Assembly (NCBI GenBank): GCA_963803145.1
Contig: CAWDLW010000008.1
Location: 192,001 to 256,000, forward strand
Reading direction: 5' to 3'
Source: Methanotrichaceae archaeon
GTDB lineage: Archaea > Halobacteriota > Methanosarcinia > Methanotrichales > Methanotrichaceae
Length of the DNA: 64,000 nt
Shown here: in pieces, positions 19,504 through 29,974 of the stretch
Numbering within the stretch: position 1 is the first letter of the stretch
How the letters are laid out: each line of letters opens with the position of its first letter
Program-made: the position numbers and the translations under genes
The notes under the pieces: generated by a model
The model's database searches: none
Told to the model about the DNA's origin: nothing
The model's input: the letters and a program-made list of their open reading frames with translations, nothing else

Positions 19504-20085
19504 ATGAAGTTGTTGGCGGCGCTATTAGCATCTCTGTTATTCTTCTCTGCGGCAGCTTTTGCGGTTCCAGATAGCATGACAGCCGGGACGTATAAAATAT
19601 CTTTTGATTTAGGATGTAATCACAGCTTGTATTCAACAAAAATCTTGCCTCCAAAGAGTACTGAATCCTCCTTGAGAAAATCTACCGATTATAATATAGA
19701 AATAACAAAAGGATCAGGACAGGCTATTATAAGAATAACGAATTATAAAGTAGCACAACCGATAATATCGCCTGAAGATTTAGCAAAAGCGATGATATAT
19801 TCATATTTATCGACAAATACTAAAGTCCTTAATTATTCTATAAGCAGCATCGATGGAACATCGGGCCCTCTTTACTCAGTAAACTATCTTATGAGCTCTA
19901 TCATTGGCTATAAAAATGTTTATCAGATAGAATATTATCCGACCTATAATAAGGGCCATACTTTTTGCGCTATCTCTTCAACTGTTCCATGGGATGCGGG
20001 CACACGACAATTAATCGAAACCATTCACATTGAACCCATGATCGTCCAAACAAATTCTTCCAATTATAATTCTTCTTTCGACTGA
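19504..20085 (+). CDS. Secreted hypothetical protein
   Basis: Signal peptide ...AAAFA-VPDS; YKISFDLG and STVPWDAGTRQLIETIHIE motifs; AT-rich. Confidence 0.75.
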   Translation: MKLLAALLASLLFFSAAAFAVPDSMTAGTYKISFDLGCNHSLYSTKILPPKSTESSLRKSTDYNIEITKGSGQAIIRITNYKVAQPIISPEDLAKAMIYSYLSTNTKVLNYSISSIDGTSGPLYSVNYLMSSIIGYKNVYQIEYYPTYNKGHTFCAISSTVPWDAGTRQLIETIHIEPMIVQTNSSNYNSSFD

Positions 20086-20405
20086 TTGCCCAATAAATTC
20101 AAGCTTTTTAAGTACATTCTTTGTGTCTTCGTGTCTTTGTGGTGAGCGTTCAATGTTGGTCAACAACAAAGTTATGCTTCCTTTTGAGGCTAATACTAGC
20201 GGCTTTATGGCCCACTCAATCACCGCGCAGGCTACCCTAACCCATCTCCTGGGGAGGTTTCTTGAAACACAAGCGATAAGGCTGACGGGGATAAGATGAA
20301 CGATTTCTTATGTTGAAGAGGATGCACATCCGTAATTATAAACAAATAGTGAAGACCGAAAGAAGCATAACTCTATAGGCAGCATTCCCCACATCGTATT
20401 TGCTT

Positions 20406-21548
20406 ATGAATGAGGATAGGGAATTGAACCAGCTCCAGGTCTGGTTCCGCTGGAATAATAAAAACTCTTACAGCATTGCAGCTTTGTTGCCTCTGATTGA
20501 TGCAGGTCTTGCCAGGGAGCCGAGACCTGGGATTATGCTCTACAGCTTTGCCACAGCGCAGGCGGAAGAAGTCTATGAAGAGATTTCAGAGGCCAATGTC
20601 GATGCAATTTACATTGCCGGAGGCCCTCATCCTTCGGCGATGCCTGACGAGGTTTTGGATTATTTCGATTATGTTGTCATCGGCGAGGGTGAAGAGACTT
20701 TGCCTGAGCTGTTAGAGGCAATAACAAGAAGCGAAGATCCAAAAAACGTCAAGGGGATAGCATATAAAGCGAATTCTAAAATCGTCTATACAGGCCAGCG
20801 AGAACCTGTAGATCTTGACCTCTATCCGCCGTTTGGAAAAATCCTATCGCCTATTGAGATCAGCCGAGGTTGCCCATGGAAATGCGCCTATTGTCAGACA
20901 TCTTGCCTTTTTGGCAGCATTATGCGCCATCGCTCTATTGCTACCATTATCAAATATGCCCATCGCCATAAGGATATCAGGCTGACATCCCCGAACTCGC
21001 TCGCCTATGGCTCAGACGGGCTAAGCCCTCGCCTGGATAAGGTGGAATTTCTTCTTAGCTCGCTCTCAGAGCTGAAGAGGCCGATCTACTTCGGAACTTT
21101 TCCTTCCGAGGTCAGGCCCGAGTTTGTATCACATAAAGCTCTAGAGCTGATAACGAAATACTGTGCCAACAAGACGCTGAGCGTCGGCGGTCAGTCTGGC
21201 AGCCCTGCTGTTCTGAGGGCCATCGGTCGAGGCCATAGCGTCGCCCGGGTCGAAGAGGCATGCGATCTCTGCGTGGAGCACTGTTTGATTCCACAGGTTG
21301 ATCTTATCTTTGGCCTGCCGATGGAATCCCCAGAGGATCAGATGCTCACACTGGATCTGGCAAAGAGGATTGTGGCAAAGGGCGGAAAGGTCAGGGCGCA
21401 TTACTTCACGCCTCTGCCTGGAACGCCTCTGGCGGGCGCGCTGCCATCACTTTTGGCAGAGGATGTTGAAGCTGAGCTTGGAAGATTGGCCTTGGGAGGC
21501 CAGCTGACAGGAGTCTGGGCTGCTAGAGCTAGAGGTAGAACTGCTTGA
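20406..21548 (+). CDS. B12-binding-like domain / radical SAM protein (TIGR04013-like)
   Basis: GGPHPS, GEGEE, EISRGCPWKCAYC (CxxxCxxC), FPSEVRPE. Confidence 0.9.
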   Translation: MNEDRELNQLQVWFRWNNKNSYSIAALLPLIDAGLAREPRPGIMLYSFATAQAEEVYEEISEANVDAIYIAGGPHPSAMPDEVLDYFDYVVIGEGEETLPELLEAITRSEDPKNVKGIAYKANSKIVYTGQREPVDLDLYPPFGKILSPIEISRGCPWKCAYCQTSCLFGSIMRHRSIATIIKYAHRHKDIRLTSPNSLAYGSDGLSPRLDKVEFLLSSLSELKRPIYFGTFPSEVRPEFVSHKALELITKYCANKTLSVGGQSGSPAVLRAIGRGHSVARVEEACDLCVEHCLIPQVDLIFGLPMESPEDQMLTLDLAKRIVAKGGKVRAHYFTPLPGTPLAGALPSLLAEDVEAELGRLALGGQLTGVWAARARGRTA

Positions 21549-21864
21549 ATGGCTTCCGGTACTCGTCCTGGAGTTCGTATACTATTATTACCTTCTCCTG
21601 CATAACGTGAATCTCCTTCACAGCTTGGGAGAATAGAAACCAGATATAGCCGCGGTCAGGGAGCTTGTACTTGTCCGGCAGTGAGGAGGTGAACTCAGTT
21701 TCTCCTAGAATATAGGTTCTGAGAAGCTCGCTTCCCGATGCGAACAGGAACGGAAAGCTCACTTTCTCGATCTCACGCTGGCAGGAGCCTCTCAGCCTGA
21801 GGCGATCTGCCAGATATCGTAGATAATCGTCCCTAGTTATCACCAGTTCTCTAAGCTCGCCCAC
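21529..21864 (-). CDS. Hypothetical protein
   Basis: GTG start with GGTGA RBS; typical codon usage; 20-bp convergent overlap with the radical SAM gene. Confidence 0.75.
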   Translation of the reverse strand: MGELRELVITRDDYLRYLADRLRLRGSCQREIEKVSFPFLFASGSELLRTYILGETEFTSSLPDKYKLPDRGYIWFLFSQAVKEIHVMQEKVIIVYELQDEYRKPFKQFYL

Positions 21865-22028
21865 TGTATCACCACGGAAAGGAGGAGACTCGAATAGATA
21901 AAACTAATCATCTGGCTTGGCCGCTATTTTACTTAATAATTTTTGGCATAAACCATGGCATCATTGAAAGGCGCGGAGGAAATAGGAATGCTGTGGGTTG
22001 TGATCCCAAAATCAATACACACTCGAGC

Positions 22029-24200
22029 TCAATACACGCTCAAGCCTGCTGCCGAAGCCTCCGCCTTTGGCGTCACGGGAATTACCTCATCCACTGGACA
22101 GGCGCTTATCTTCTCAGCGAGCTTAGCAAGAACCTCTTTCCGCATTCCGCCTACAAATTTGATTGAGCCGACGACCAAATGTCCGCCGCCCGAAACGCCG
22201 CCGTTCGGGATCTCCTCCATAAGCTCTCTGACCATTTGTGGAATGTTCATCTTGACACCACGAGAACGAAGCACGGCGAAATCCGGGCCATAGCCTATTG
22301 TCACCACCGGCTTTCCGGCAAACTTCTTGCAAAGCCGATCATGCACCTCGCCAGATGTTTTTCCTGGCGGTGGGAATGTGAACTTGTGAGCGAAGTTCTC
22401 CACATCCAGAACGTTCATGATTGTGCCATTGGGGAGCTTTGTGCTCTTCACATTGCCCATGCTTGCCCTGAGCTGCTCATCTATTGCAGCATTTGCCTGC
22501 TCAGAAAGCAGATCTACAAACCTCTGATGCCGGTCCAGTCTTCCAAGGCAGAGAATATCGTTGATCAGCCCTCGGCCCTCGTTGTACCGCAGCCAGAATG
22601 CTTCATAATCCAAAGCAAGCGCGATCTTCTTCAGATCCTCCAGCTTGAACTTGTCTTCAATAAGCTTTTTATAACGTTCGGCCTCCGGCGCCTCACTGCG
22701 GTCGCCAACAGCAGAGACTGCAGGGAAATGTTTGATCTTGCTCTCTACCTGGGGGTAGATCATGCGAGCTATCTCAGTTCCAAGCATGCCGGTTGTAACT
22801 CCGAAGTCTCCTCCTGCGTGAGCCGGGTTCACGTGTGCTATCAGGAACTGATCTACAATCTTATCTGGATGGTGATGGTCTACAACTATCATTTCCATTC
22901 CGTAAACCTGGGCCTGCTTCATGGCCGGCAGATCCTCTTCAGTCGAGCCGTTATCCATCAGAATCACAAGCGGCATCTTCTGGCCATGTCTGCTCAGATC
23001 CTCCAAAGCATAGCTCAGATCCTTGGTTATGTCCTCAAGCTCGTAGAACGGAGCCTTGCTTGGAGCTCTGCGGTAGTTATAATATTCAGCATCAGTTCCG
23101 CCTACCTCTTTAATCAGCGGGAGTATGGCAGTCTCGATTGCCACAGCAGAGGTTATTCCGTCAGCATCAGCATGATGCCTTAGTATTATTGGCGTTGACT
23201 TGAGAATAGCTCTTCTGATCTCTCTAGCAACTTTCTTCATTGCAGGCTTAAGCCTTTCCATGACTTCGCTCTCTACAAGCAAAGGAACATCAGAAGGCTC
23301 AGCCCTTTTATCTATCGCTTGTTCTATCTGGTCCTTAACATGTGACGCCTCCCCGCCCCAGAGGCGCTTCATAGACTTGATCTCTATCTGGACCTGGTTG
23401 TTTCTGACAGTGACTTCACCTATTACTCTGACGATCATCTCGCTATCGATGTCAGGATAGGCACGCACCCCTGCACGCTCAAAGGCGGCACAAAAAACCA
23501 GACCGCTGTCATCCGCCACAGTAAAGATTGTCGGTCCGCCCGTCTGCTTGACCTGAATAACCTCCCCTTTTATGAGCACCGATTTGCCGACAAGGCGTTC
23601 CAAATGGGCTGCTTTGGAGAGAGGCAGCTCTTTCTCGACCTCAATTGTATTGTATTCCTTGAGCTCCACCGGCTCAAGCTCAATATTGCCGTTGGGTGCA
23701 ATATTATTGACTCTCACAAGAAAAGGATCTCCCACTTCAGGTTTTGATTTTAAATATTTATTATGAGCCAGTCCTCTGACATGATCGTTCAAATCGACAA
23801 AAGCCCCGAAGTTTGCAATTCCAGATACCTTTCCCTGGTATGCCTCTCCAACAACTAGATCGCCTGTATCGCATGCCTGGTCAAGTATATGAACCAGGGG
23901 CTTTTTGGAACAACGCTCACACAGCTCCTTCTTGCTCGTCAGCTTAGCGCCGCAGACCGCGCAACTATATTCGCGCCCTAGGCCGCCGCATGCTTCACAG
24001 GGCTCAGTGACAGGCATTTTTCCTGAGCCATGGCATACGCTGCACTTCGTTGTACCTTGCTCTATCAGCGCCTTCATATCGCTATCTGATGCCTCGCCTA
24101 AGCTGATGGATTCAGTCTTCCCGCTGCCGCCGCAGTTTGGGCAAGGCTTCTCTCCTGTTACGAGGTATCCTTTGCCCCTGCAATTATCGCACAGGTTCAT
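22029..24200 (-). CDS. Archaeal RecJ-like DHH phosphoesterase with DnaJ-type Zn finger and S1/OB domains
   Basis: Four CxxCxGxG repeats; S1 (FGAFVDL); HADADG, DNGS, DHH, GGGH; start placed at MNLCDNC. Confidence 0.92.
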   Translation of the reverse strand: MNLCDNCRGKGYLVTGEKPCPNCGGSGKTESISLGEASDSDMKALIEQGTTKCSVCHGSGKMPVTEPCEACGGLGREYSCAVCGAKLTSKKELCERCSKKPLVHILDQACDTGDLVVGEAYQGKVSGIANFGAFVDLNDHVRGLAHNKYLKSKPEVGDPFLVRVNNIAPNGNIELEPVELKEYNTIEVEKELPLSKAAHLERLVGKSVLIKGEVIQVKQTGGPTIFTVADDSGLVFCAAFERAGVRAYPDIDSEMIVRVIGEVTVRNNQVQIEIKSMKRLWGGEASHVKDQIEQAIDKRAEPSDVPLLVESEVMERLKPAMKKVAREIRRAILKSTPIILRHHADADGITSAVAIETAILPLIKEVGGTDAEYYNYRRAPSKAPFYELEDITKDLSYALEDLSRHGQKMPLVILMDNGSTEEDLPAMKQAQVYGMEMIVVDHHHPDKIVDQFLIAHVNPAHAGGDFGVTTGMLGTEIARMIYPQVESKIKHFPAVSAVGDRSEAPEAERYKKLIEDKFKLEDLKKIALALDYEAFWLRYNEGRGLINDILCLGRLDRHQRFVDLLSEQANAAIDEQLRASMGNVKSTKLPNGTIMNVLDVENFAHKFTFPPPGKTSGEVHDRLCKKFAGKPVVTIGYGPDFAVLRSRGVKMNIPQMVRELMEEIPNGGVSGGGHLVVGSIKFVGGMRKEVLAKLAEKISACPVDEVIPVTPKAEASAAGLSVY

Positions 24201-24274
24201 CCCTGATGATAATGTGCACCATGAATTTATTGATTTTGCAAGAGAATAAATAACATGTCTGTTCTCTACCAAGC

Positions 24275-24826
24275 ATGCGAATTGTGGTTCTCCGGCTGGG
24301 GCATCGACCTGAGCGCGATAAACGTATCACTACACACGTAGGCCTGGTGGCCCGAGCATTCGGAGCTGAGGAGATGCTTCTGACAGGCCATGACGCCCAT
24401 GTCGAGGAGAGCCTGGTTGATGTAACAGAACGATGGGGTGGAGATTTTCGCTTAAAATCGGGCGTAAGCTGGCAAGGGGAGGCCGTGCGCTGGAAGGAGG
24501 CAGGAGGAAAGATAGCTCACCTCACCATGTATGGCTCGAACCTGCCTGATGTAATAAATGAGATCAAAGGATGCGAAAACTTATTGGTCGTAGTCGGGGC
24601 AGAGAAGGTTCCTGCTGAGATGTACGACCTGGCAGATTGGAATGTGGCAGTAGGGAATCAGCCTCATTCTGAAGTTGCCGCATTGGCAGTATTCCTTGAC
24701 AGGCTCTTTGAAGGAAAAGAACTTTTGAACAAGTTTGAAGGCGGTCTGGAGATTGTTCCCTCGCCCAGAGGAAAGCAAGTGATCTATCCAAAAGAGTACA
24801 ATCTAAAGGATCATAATCTGAAGTAG
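24275..24826 (+). CDS. trm56: tRNA (cytidine56-2'-O)-methyltransferase
   Basis: [48 protein letters not shown]. Confidence 0.96.
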   Translation: MRIVVLRLGHRPERDKRITTHVGLVARAFGAEEMLLTGHDAHVEESLVDVTERWGGDFRLKSGVSWQGEAVRWKEAGGKIAHLTMYGSNLPDVINEIKGCENLLVVVGAEKVPAEMYDLADWNVAVGNQPHSEVAALAVFLDRLFEGKELLNKFEGGLEIVPSPRGKQVIYPKEYNLKDHNLK

Positions 24827-24893
24827 AATAATCTAAAGAAATGCAAGTTCAATAGGGTTCAATTCAAAAATTGTATCAGAGATACATAATATT

Positions 24894-25988
24894 ATGATGA
24901 TTTTAATAGCAGGCATCAGTGTCAGGCATATCGCCTGCTCAGCAGCCAGGGCAGGCTGCTCAGTTATCGCTGCTGATTGCTACTGCGATCTAGACTTAGA
25001 ACGGTGTACCTCACATACGATCCTGCTCCCAGAGGAAGATGTGACGCGAAATCTTCAGGAGTATATCGATATGTTCTCTCCTGATGCTGTTATCCTGGGG
25101 CCGGGGATTGAGGAGACAAGGGTAAAGAATGTTCGCGTTTTAAACAACTCCTCTGAAAAGATCGCTCGAGTCTCCGATAAGCTGTGGTTGGCTCGCTGGC
25201 TGGAGAGCAAAGGCTTTCCAAGCATAAAGACGCAAGCATCAGTTGACGACATGAATTTTCCCGCCATCGTAAAGCCTCGCAAAGGTGCTGGGGGTGTGGG
25301 CTGTGAGCTTATCCAAAATAAAATTGACCTATCGCTTGGGGACGACGTGATCGTCCAAGAGTTTATAAAGGGCTTGCCTGCTAGCGTCTCCACTATTGGA
25401 AACGGTCACGAAGGACGAGCATTAGCTGTGAATGAGCAGCTCATAGGCGCTAGTTGGACAGGAGCGCGCGGGTTTAGATATAGTGGAAACATCACGCCAT
25501 TAGAGGCGCCGTCACAAGGGATCGCGGAGATAGCCGAGGATATTACAACTGAGCTGGGGCTTATAGGAAGCAACGGCGTGGATTTTCTGCTTACTGAGAA
25601 AGGCCCAGTTGTTGTGGAGGTAAACCCGCGTTTTCAGGGCAGCATTGATACTGTTGAGCTTTCAACAGGCATTAACGTATTTAGCGCACACCTGGAGTCT
25701 TTCGATGGCATCCTCCCTGAGTATCCCAATCCAGAAAGGGTTGCGGGAAGGGCGATAATCTATGCAGAAGATGATTTATCGATCGATGAAGATCTGAGCT
25801 CAGTTTGGACAACGGATATCCCACGGATTGGATCGATTATAAAAAAGGATGATCCTGTTGCGTCTATCCTGGCCACCGGCAAGGACAGAGAGGGCACCCT
25901 GAGTTTGCTCATGGATAGAGCAACAGGGCTGCGGGGGAGTTTAAGAGCTTTCTCGAAGGTATCAAATGCAGGGCAGCCTTTGCAATAA
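24894..25988 (+). CDS. ATP-grasp domain protein (methanogen COG2232-like)
   Basis: DCYCDLD, DKLW, VKPRKGAGG, QEFIKG, GVDF, EVNPRFQG. Confidence 0.88.
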   Translation: MMILIAGISVRHIACSAARAGCSVIAADCYCDLDLERCTSHTILLPEEDVTRNLQEYIDMFSPDAVILGPGIEETRVKNVRVLNNSSEKIARVSDKLWLARWLESKGFPSIKTQASVDDMNFPAIVKPRKGAGGVGCELIQNKIDLSLGDDVIVQEFIKGLPASVSTIGNGHEGRALAVNEQLIGASWTGARGFRYSGNITPLEAPSQGIAEIAEDITTELGLIGSNGVDFLLTEKGPVVVEVNPRFQGSIDTVELSTGINVFSAHLESFDGILPEYPNPERVAGRAIIYAEDDLSIDEDLSSVWTTDIPRIGSIIKKDDPVASILATGKDREGTLSLLMDRATGLRGSLRAFSKVSNAGQPLQ

Positions 25989-26232
25989 TAATGCTATTAG
26001 GTATTGATGCTGGCAGATGATCTACCAGCGCAGGAATCTATAGAGCCAGTTGCAGGTCAGCGTCCAGGCTTTGACACAGCCTGATCCCTTCTCCAGCTTC
26101 TGCCTATCTTTTTCGCTATACCTTTTTTCATCCTTCATCCACGAATCCATAGTCTGACATTTAGACAATTTGAATATAACAATATCGGTCTCACTGTATT
26201 GATCCCGCTTAGCCTCAACTAGCCGAAATAGA

Positions 26233-26248
26233 CGGAAGATGCCTTCCG
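26233..26248. promoter_or_regulatory. NrpR-type operator candidate GGAA-N6-TTCC
   Basis: CGGAAGATGCCTTCCG with perfect 5-bp arms, ~85 bp upstream of the RHH gene, beside the nitrogen cluster. Confidence 0.5.
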
Positions 26249-26333
26249 GCCTCAGCCTAAATAGTTAACGTCGAAAAAGGTAATATAGCAAAAGCGTAAA
26301 AGATAGAAATTCAAAAGAGCCTATGAGGACTAG

Positions 26334-26882
26334 ATGAAGTCACCTGAAAGGATTACCATTGCACTCGATGAAGAAACTGCAGGCCTGTTCAAGAAGATGA
26401 AGGAAGACCTGGGCATGTCCCAGAGCGAACTTATGCGTGAGTCGCTGAAGTTCTTCGGCAAGCACAAATCACTCTTTGACTTTGCTGAGGACAAGAAGGT
26501 CTATACACATGCAGAGATGCTGTCTGCGGGAGAACACATAATCCTTGATATCGATCACTGGATTTTATTCCTGAGCTTCATTGAGACACATCCAGATAAG
26601 CAAAAATTCTGGGATATGCATAAAGAGGTCAGCCAGGCCCATGCAGAGCAGTTTAAACATAAGCTCTATAATGCGGAGAGCATTCTTAAGCGTCTGGAGA
26701 TCTGCAACCTTTTCCAGCTAAGCAGGACATCAAAGAATGAGTTCACTCTGATCTTCGGATCGGATCTTGCTAAAAAGTTTGTTCGGCTGGAGCTGGAGGA
26801 GATCTTTGCAGGAATGGGATTCCTGGTGGAGATCAAGGAGGACTTTTCCAAGCTCAGGCTGAAGGTAATACACGACCTCTAA
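26334..26882 (+). CDS. Ribbon-helix-helix (CopG-like) transcription regulator with C-terminal putative ligand-binding domain
   Basis: ERITIALDEET...SQSELMRESL RHH pattern; GAGG RBS. Confidence 0.85.
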   Translation: MKSPERITIALDEETAGLFKKMKEDLGMSQSELMRESLKFFGKHKSLFDFAEDKKVYTHAEMLSAGEHIILDIDHWILFLSFIETHPDKQKFWDMHKEVSQAHAEQFKHKLYNAESILKRLEICNLFQLSRTSKNEFTLIFGSDLAKKFVRLELEEIFAGMGFLVEIKEDFSKLRLKVIHDL

Positions 26883-26994
26883 AATTTTAGATTAATATTA
26901 TTAGATAACTTCAGTAGATTTAGCTTGTAGTACTCTTATGGAAAGCATACGCAAAGGTGCTAAGGCACCAGCACAATCGATGCTGATATCGACG

Positions 26995-27414
26995 CTATGG
27001 GTTCTTCCTGCTTCTCCCTAGCACCATCTGTTTCGTCGCCCTCTCTGCCTCGATACTCCTTCGGCACACTGGACATACCCATATCCATTCGAGGCCGCTC
27101 GAGTCCTTCTGTAAATTGGACGGCAAGGCCTTCTCTATATACCTCAGCATCGGCCCAGTTGCATAGCGTGTACCGCAGATCTTACAAGGCACAAGATCAA
27201 AGGCCACAGTGGGCTCCTCGCTCTCAGGCTCGAAGGGAACAAGGGTCAGCGCCTTTGCGGGGCAGAACTCAACACACAGATCGCACTCTTCTTTGCATTT
27301 CTTCCAATGGATTGACCTTTTTTCAGGCGTCTCCTCGCGAACGATGTTCTGGTTAGGACAGACGTTGGAACAGGAGAAGCACCCTAGACATTTGCTTGCA
27401 TCAACTTTGATCAT
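26995..27414 (-). CDS. 4Fe-4S binding protein
   Basis: CLGCFSCSNVCP, CKEECDLCVEFCP, plus CKICG...CPVC. Confidence 0.9.
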   Translation of the reverse strand: MIKVDASKCLGCFSCSNVCPNQNIVREETPEKRSIHWKKCKEECDLCVEFCPAKALTLVPFEPESEEPTVAFDLVPCKICGTRYATGPMLRYIEKALPSNLQKDSSGLEWIWVCPVCRRSIEAERATKQMVLGRSRKNP

Positions 27415-27848
27415 CTTCTACCTCCATGTGCTACAGCTATGGCTGCCCTCGCTCTTGCGCGCTTCGATGCAAGCTCGAAGTCTGTGCTCAGGGCGTTGGC
27501 AGGGCAGGTTATGATGCATGTCGGTGTCTCTCGTCCTGCGCATAAGTCGCATTTATGCGCAACCTTATCCGACCAGACGACCCCGAAGGGACATGCCAAT
27601 CTGCATAGCCCGCAGCCCGTGCATTTTTCAAGTGCAAAGGCTGTGCGCTCTCCATCTTTTGAAAGAGCACCTGAGAAACAGGCCATAGTGCATGTCGCCT
27701 CCTCGCAGTGGTGGCAGAAAATTGGTACGGAGGCATGGTCCCCCACCATATGCACATTCACATGCCCTTTTCCGCCATGGACTCTTTTACATGCCACTTC
27801 GCAGGATCTGCAGCCTATGCATCTGCTTATATCAACATAAACGGGCAT
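27411..27848 (-). CDS. Multi-4Fe-4S electron-transfer subunit (HydN/CooF/FdhB-like)
   Basis: CIGCRSCEVAC, CHHCEEATC, CTGCGLCRLACP, KCDLC...CIITCP. Confidence 0.9.
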   Translation of the reverse strand: MPVYVDISRCIGCRSCEVACKRVHGGKGHVNVHMVGDHASVPIFCHHCEEATCTMACFSGALSKDGERTAFALEKCTGCGLCRLACPFGVVWSDKVAHKCDLCAGRETPTCIITCPANALSTDFELASKRARARAAIAVAHGGRR

Positions 27849-27850
27849 CT

Positions 27851-29902
27851 TTAGTCACTCCCTGCAATCTTACAGACAGAGACTTTGAATTCAGGGATTC
27901 TCGACTCTGCATCCCTAGAATCCGTGGTCAGGATATTCGTTCCAGGGAAATGGAATGGCATGAAGACGACACCGCGCTTCACACGATCTGTGATACGAGC
28001 CATAGCCGTAGTTTCACCCCGAGGCGTAGTAATTACCACCTCATTCCCATCCGCTATCTTCAGCTTCGACGCATCTGCGGTGTTAATCTCCACAAACAAA
28101 TCAGGTTCGCGTTCAATCAGCGATGGGCTCCTGCGGGTCATTGAGCCGGCATTATGATGCACTACGACACGTCCAGTCGTCAAAATAAACGGATACTCCC
28201 ATCCGGGTTCCTCTGAGGGCGACCTGTACTGCACAGGGACTATAGCAGCTTTACCTCCAGGCAGCTTAAAGCCCTGTGAGTGCAATATCGGCGTCCCCGG
28301 ATGATCCGAGCTCGGGCATGGCCAGACCAGGCCATGTGAGCTCAGTTGTTCTGAGTTCAGCCGTTCATGAGTGATGCCTCCATAGGCTGGCACTAGCCTA
28401 TTGATCTCCGCCGTAACAGATGCCGCATCTGGATAGTTGAACTCAAGGCCAAGCCTTCGAGCAACATCACAGATGATATCCAAATCGGATCTTGCCTCAC
28501 CAGGAGGCTCAAGAGCCTTGTTGCTCCACTGAACGCGCCTCTCAGTAGATGTGTAGGTGCCTTCCTTCTCAGCCCAAACCGATGCCGGAAGAACGATATC
28601 CGCCAGCTGAGCCGTGGCCGTCATGAATATGTCCTGTACAGCTAGAAAGTCGAGGTTTTCCAGAGCATCTCTTGTATGGCTGCTTCTGGGATCGGAGTTT
28701 GCGGGGTCCTCTCCCACGATATACATAGCCTTGATCTCGCCATTGCCGGCTGCATCGATCATCTCAGTAGCTGTGAGTCCGCGGCCAATAGGAATGCCGC
28801 TAACTCCCCATGCTTTCTCGAAGAATTTTGCTGTTTCAGGATCATCGGCCTTTCTGTAGCCCGGATAAAACTCCGCAAGAGCACCCATATCGCATGCGCC
28901 CTGCACATTGTTCTGGCCTCTCAGGGGCATTATGCCTGTTCCGGGTCGTCCGAGGTGGCCTGTAATCAGCGCCAGATTGGCGATGGCCTGAACGTTATCT
29001 GTTCCTGTAGTATGCTGTGTGATTCCCATTGAGTAAACTATGGCTGAGGCCGGAGAGATTGCATATGCACGGGCAGCGCGAATTATATCGTCTGCCGGGA
29101 TTCCAGTTATCGCTCCCGCCTTTTCAGGCGTATAATCGGAAACAGCTCCTCCCAGCTTCTCATATCCCGTCGTCCACTTAGCTATGTACTCATTATCGGT
29201 TAGCCCTTCATTTATGATCACATTTGCAATGCCGTTTAACAGGGCTACATCAGTGCCAGGCTTTATCTGCAGGAAAATATCGGCCAGCCAGGCTGTATGA
29301 GTCATCCTCGGGTCGGCTACTATTACCACAGCGCCTGCATCTTTGGCCCTGTGAATCCAGCGGGAGAGGACAGGATGATTCTCGGCTAAGTTCGAGCCAA
29401 TGATGAAAATGCATTTTGAGTTTGCGAGGTCTGAGATAGGGTTCGTCATGCCAGCCGCACCAAGCGTCCTATTCAAGCCCACAACGGACGGCGCATGACA
29501 TAGGCGCGCACAGTTATCGATATTGGGTGTACCAAAGCACCTGGCCATTTTCTCGACCAGGTAGTTCTCTTCGTTGGTACATTTTGAAGAGGATAAGAAC
29601 CCCACACTTCCAGGTCCATATTCCTTTATGGTTCCTGCAAGGCTCTTTGCAACTCTATCAAGGGCTTCATCCCAGGATATTCTGGCCCAGCCATCACCCT
29701 TTCGCTTTAGAGGATGTCGTAGCCTATCCTCATGGTAAAGGATCTCCAGGGCGGCGTTCCCTTTGGGGCATAAAGCACCCTCACTTGCCGGGTGCTCAAG
29801 CATGTATTCGATCCCCGTAGCTTTTTCCTTTTCCACTGTAATATAAAATCCACAGCCTGCAGCGCAATACGGACAGATCGTTGGAACAAGCATTTTTGGC
29901 AT
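27851..29902 (-). CDS. fdhF: Formate dehydrogenase alpha subunit (Mo/W-bis-PGD, Cys-type)
   Basis: CPYCAAGC..LCPKG Fe-S motif; CARLCH ligand with His; LRGQNNVQG; PEFK; no Tat signal. Confidence 0.93.
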   Translation of the reverse strand: MPKMLVPTICPYCAAGCGFYITVEKEKATGIEYMLEHPASEGALCPKGNAALEILYHEDRLRHPLKRKGDGWARISWDEALDRVAKSLAGTIKEYGPGSVGFLSSSKCTNEENYLVEKMARCFGTPNIDNCARLCHAPSVVGLNRTLGAAGMTNPISDLANSKCIFIIGSNLAENHPVLSRWIHRAKDAGAVVIVADPRMTHTAWLADIFLQIKPGTDVALLNGIANVIINEGLTDNEYIAKWTTGYEKLGGAVSDYTPEKAGAITGIPADDIIRAARAYAISPASAIVYSMGITQHTTGTDNVQAIANLALITGHLGRPGTGIMPLRGQNNVQGACDMGALAEFYPGYRKADDPETAKFFEKAWGVSGIPIGRGLTATEMIDAAGNGEIKAMYIVGEDPANSDPRSSHTRDALENLDFLAVQDIFMTATAQLADIVLPASVWAEKEGTYTSTERRVQWSNKALEPPGEARSDLDIICDVARRLGLEFNYPDAASVTAEINRLVPAYGGITHERLNSEQLSSHGLVWPCPSSDHPGTPILHSQGFKLPGGKAAIVPVQYRSPSEEPGWEYPFILTTGRVVVHHNAGSMTRRSPSLIEREPDLFVEINTADASKLKIADGNEVVITTPRGETTAMARITDRVKRGVVFMPFHFPGTNILTTDSRDAESRIPEFKVSVCKIAGSD

Positions 29903-29974
29903 CTTTATCCCTAACAGTTTGTTATCTCACAGCATTTTAGTTTCAAGATGCATTTCCTTTTCGGAGAGATTTCA

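Noticed and set aside
22179-23183. 334-aa plus-strand ORF, and similar long ORFs such as 48669-49496, 17853-18455, 38425-39024, 52508-53107
   Set aside because: Antisense shadows of well-supported genes; no motifs and unnatural composition
24201-24272. N-terminal extension of the DHH protein
   Set aside because: It would leave no room for the divergent promoters shared with trm56; the Zn-finger domain starts at 24200
24798-24842. 15-bp-period repeat AATCT(A/G)AAG x3 at the end of trm56
   Set aside because: Short degenerate slippage repeat spanning the stop codon; no functional signal
26009-26150. Short minus-strand ORFs upstream of the RHH gene
   Set aside because: About 40 aa or less, no clear RBS or motif, cannot be supported
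27851-29902. Selenocysteine or pyrrolysine recoding in the FDH
   Set aside because: The active-site residue is an ordinary Cys and the ORF is uninterrupted
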